From assembly GCA_020137815.1 (NCBI GenBank), contig CM035354.1, forward strand, positions 310,001 to 374,000: a stretch of DNA of 64,000 nt. Direction: 5' to 3'. The first letter of the stretch is position 1; each line of letters begins with the position of its first letter. This document shows, one piece after another, positions 60,347 through 64,000 of the stretch. Below the pieces are notes generated by a model. The model did not search any database. It saw only the letters and a program-made list of their open reading frames with translations, and had not been told where the DNA came from. Both the position numbers and the translations under genes were made by a program. This DNA is from Hormiphora californensis. Its lineage: Eukaryota; Animalia; Ctenophora.

Positions 60347-60743
60347 GGCCGGGTCCAGACGAGTGGTAGGTAGCTACTATGGCAGGCTGCTATGGCAGGG
60401 TGCTATGGCAGGTGGGAACTGTCCAGACGAGTGGTAGCCTAGCCACCTAGGCCACCTACCACTCGTCTGGACACCCTCTGACACAAATCAATCATAGGGG
60501 GGTATCAAATTTCTCATGCCCCATAGAAGTAAAGTTGCAATGATAGGTTGTCAGAGGCTGTCCAGACGAGTGACACCCTACTATTGCACCCTGCCATAGC
60601 AGGGTGCAATAACAGGGTGTAATAGGCCGAGGTCTAACACCCTGCAATGGTAGATATAAGTGTCCAGACGAGTGGTAGGTGTGGTAGATATCTACTATTG
60701 CACCCTGCCATAGTAGCTACCTACCACTCGTCTGGACCCGGCC
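60347..60743. mobile_element. PIF/Harbinger (Tourist-like) MITE, TAA TSD
   Basis: taa-ggccgggtccagacgagtgg ... ccactcgtctggacccggcc-taa with internal tccagacgagt repeats. Confidence 0.9.
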
Positions 60744-61436
60744 TAATTCTGTAGTTCGTGGACGAAATCGATAGAGCTCTCCAGCTCCAATTTTCACACT
60801 CAAAAGGCCTAATTAGTCGAGATCTAAGAGTTTTAAGGCAATAAGTTCATTCAGGAAATGGAAATGGAAATTTGCGGAAAACTGGGAGAAGAAAAGAGAA
60901 ACTATGTTTTATCGTGTCCCAAAATTTAAAGTCGAAAGATGCCATAGTTTTCACACAATTAATTGGAGATAGAGCACTGAGCAGTCTCAGTCATTTAAAA
61001 TCACACAGTATTATGTGACGTCTGAGTGACTGTCCCACATAATTACAAGCGAGATAACACTGTGGTGAATATTGAGGGTTGGATTTATCCCGCCTTTGGA
61101 CCATGAGCTATTTGTATCAATTTGTATCAATGAGAGACATGAGAGAGGAATTTCAAATAACTTTTTATCTTTTTTTGCCAAATTGCAATTTGCGTGTGAT
61201 TTATGTCTCGGGGTGAAGGCTAGGGGATGTTATACTGGGAATGTAGAGAAAGACTAGATAGAGATTGGATACCAGAATCTCATTATTATAGCCGGATTAC
61301 GGTTGTTTATTCATGAAATTCATATCAATTGTTTTCTAGTTTGAAAATGGGGCAGTTGGTTCCTATTATTCGATTGAACCAATCTATATTCACTACTGTG
61401 CCAATTTCAAAAATGTTTTTAAAAAATATGGAAAAA

Positions 61437-61510
61437 GGGTCGATGCTCTGGTCTCGAACCCGACGCCCTGAGTGTGACAGACAAGCTGCTATCAACTGAG
61501 CCAAATCCGC
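61437..61510 (-). pseudogene. tRNA(Asp-GTC)-derived sequence followed by an oligo-T run
   Basis: A-box TGGCTCAGTTG, anticodon loop ctGTCac and B-box GGTTCGAGACC; acceptor and anticodon stems do not pair. Confidence 0.6.
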
Positions 61511-62829
61511 TCTTTTAATTTTAAATTTTAGTTGGTATATATATCATTTAATTGAATTTTCATATCGGTCATTCAAAAACACCTGAATATTTCTGAGGAA
61601 GTTTTAACTCTCCTCGACCCAATTTGTGTCTGTCGAGAGAGTCGCTGGGGGCGCAGAGACCGTGGACCGTATTTCGCGAGTACCCTCTGACATAGCCCTG
61701 ACCTCGTTTTGGTCCCTAAAAAGGGCGCCATGGGGAGGAAATGGTTCCCGTTATGCTAAAATCAAAATTCCGGGTGTTCTGCAATCCTCTTGGTGTCTAC
61801 TTTTCAGATCATTCTGATCCCTAACATCAGTATAGTATCACTGCACCGATAAGACTGTACCAGATTACCGAAAAGTAACATTTCATAATTGGATCATCTC
61901 AATTCACATTGCTGCATGTTATTGAATCTCATTGGAAGCATGTTGCCAGCAAAGTAACATTATTCAAATAGCATCATCGGCTGATCCCTTACCGGGGGAT
62001 TTGGCGAGCATCGAGTGGCATAGACGTGGGGCGCGAAACCAGTTATCTTGGGTTGTGTGCGCGCGAAACAGCTGTGAAATTCAGCCATGGCCAGCGAAGA
62101 TTGGCCAATCTATTTGCGCATCCAGCGAAGATTGGCCAATATTGTTGAGGATTCGCGCATTAATGTTTGTAGATTGGCCAATTTTCACCATAATTGCCCG
62201 CGCGACCTTTACTAGGGTAGCTTAAGGAATACCCGCGGTCGCAATTGTAGTGGGAAAACGGTAATGGAAAACAGAGATACGGTATGAAGACACGCAACTG
62301 TGGCCAAATGTGGCCACGCATTATGCAAAGTCTGTGTCTTATTACTGTAATTCCATTACGGTAATGCCACTATAACAAGCGGCAGCGATAGCGGCAATTG
62401 TAGAAGATATAACTACGCGTTAAAAGGTTGCTTGTGGTGAGAATAGTTTGTTTAAATTATATGTTCTATATTCTAACCCTCCCTAATTTACATTTGTTTC
62501 GGGGGGGGGGGGGGTGCACGTGAAACACAGTCTAGCTAGTACATTAGTACGGTGTTCAACAAAAAAAAAGCAAAAGCAAACTGTTTCTTTTAAATGCTGT
62601 AAGAAGGGCGCAGGCTTGACCAACCGCAGCGCTAGATCATGCTGAACAAGTGAACTTGACTAGTTTAGTACCCAAGTAAATCTAAGTAAAAAGAATGGCC
62701 CCGATTTACCTGAACCCCGATTTACCGTCTAAAAATATGTTCGAAATAGGGGTCGAAATGAGTGGTGCAATTAGTTAATTGATACTGTCATATCTCTGCG
62801 GATGAGATACAGAAACCATTTGGGGAGAG

Positions 62830-63030
62830 ATGTTGGTCGCGCGCGTTCAACTCTGTACCACATGAAGCAGGGTATTTCGCGAAACTTCGAACTTTACCGC
62901 GAAACTTCAAACCGCGAAACTTCAGTGTGTTTCGCGAGGTTGAGAGTTGAACGTGCGCGACCAACCTCAGTGTGTCTCCCGTCTTTTGGTAGCGTTGGAA
63001 AGGTCTGAAGACCCATCCAACGCAACCAAA
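62830..63030. repeat. Two adjacent hairpins / inverted repeats
   Basis: gttggtcgcgcgcgttcaactct / agagttgaacgtgcgcgaccaac and ttttggtagcgttgga / tccaacgcaaccaaaa. Confidence 0.65.
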
Positions 63031-64000
63031 ATCAAGTCGTTATCTTAGGAGGAACCGGAAACTTGAATTTCGATTTGTGAGACGCAGTGAGTATGTCTAG
63101 TAATCCCAGTGCTGACAATATCGGTAGACCCCCTTTTTCGATTGTTTTTTTCTGACGACAAAACATCTTGAAAAAAATGATAAATCGAAAAAATACGAAA
63201 GACGAAAAGTTTTGGGTATCTTGTCGACCTTTAAATTGCTTGTTGAGTAAGACAACAAAGATGACTAGAATCAGCAAGTAGACAGAGCTTGAATTTTACA
63301 TTCCAACTCTACAGCTGGACCTAAAGATTCGAATCCTGGAGCTCCTTTACAAATGTTCGAGTGTGTGTAAGCACTATTACATAACACATCGACCAGATGC
63401 AGTGCAGTGTGGAGTGGCTATAAATACTTGAGTAATGTAGATGCGTGCAGCATGCCTGTAAAGCACTAAAGTCAAATTTCAAACTGACTTTCATCGCATT
63501 TATTTACAACCTAAATGGGCTACAAATTATGTATTCTCACTGGTGTATGCAGCACACAGTGTATGGTATGTAGTTGGTTGTATGATATAACTATAAGGGG
63601 TTGTTATGATGATTGCTGGTGACCATGGCAACCAATCACTCAGATTGGTTTCATCTCTTTTGGTGCGATGAATGCTAGAGATCTGATAATGCATATATAT
63701 CGCACTCTCATATCATCACACCGCTGATATTGAGAGATCAAGAATTATAATGAAGGGATATTATCGAGAAAGGGATCGTAATTACGATTAATAGAGCTAG
63801 CTGAGAAGATCATTCACGAGAGTTAGTATTGATATTTTTACATGGTACAATCTCCTAGGGTGCGCTAAGTTTCGTGTGCGATTGTGCGAACACAGAGCCG
63901 GGTGCCAAAGTTGGACCATATAAATAAAAAAGCGATGAATGTCAATGGCAGTGTGTACGTAACACTACAAAGAGGTAGAGAGAGAATAAGTAAATTGAAG

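Larger units (their letters stand above)
54112..62217. mobile_element. Candidate 8.1-kb composite element bounded by ~126-bp TIRs (CCCTAG termini, TA flanks; EnSpm/CMC-like)
   Basis: 54112-54237 and 62093-62217 are near-identical reverse complements with repeated ttggccaat motifs; ta flanks both ends. Confidence 0.55.

Overview
Repeat-rich eukaryotic (animal) genomic DNA with spliced genes. It is probably a cydippid ctenophore (Pleurobrachia/Hormiphora-like). That is inferred from a spliced-leader-like 26-mer and a MITE family I recall from that lineage, and has not been checked by search. Hand-built host genes: an MFS transporter (+, 2392-4457); a presenilin (-, 4691-6061, only the N-terminal half is in the window); a Wnt (-, ~18001-21151, broken by a 100-N gap); and a Polycomb/CBX gene with chromodomain and Pc box (-, 25117-35870). 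A possible unidentified gene lies at 13.7-16 kb. The stand-out element is an intact CR1/L2-type LINE (6427-12042). Its ORF1 fuses an AlkB-family 2OG-Fe(II) dioxygenase to an SGNH esterase, and its ORF2 has a hydrophobic leader ending in NPGP ahead of APE and RT. Its 5' end matches the ctenophore spliced leader as I recall it, suggesting a trans-spliced, promoter-less retrotransposon. The rest of the window is dominated by fully palindromic (foldback) non-autonomous DNA transposons of several superfamilies, nested insertions, minisatellites and noisy (CT/GA)n tracts.
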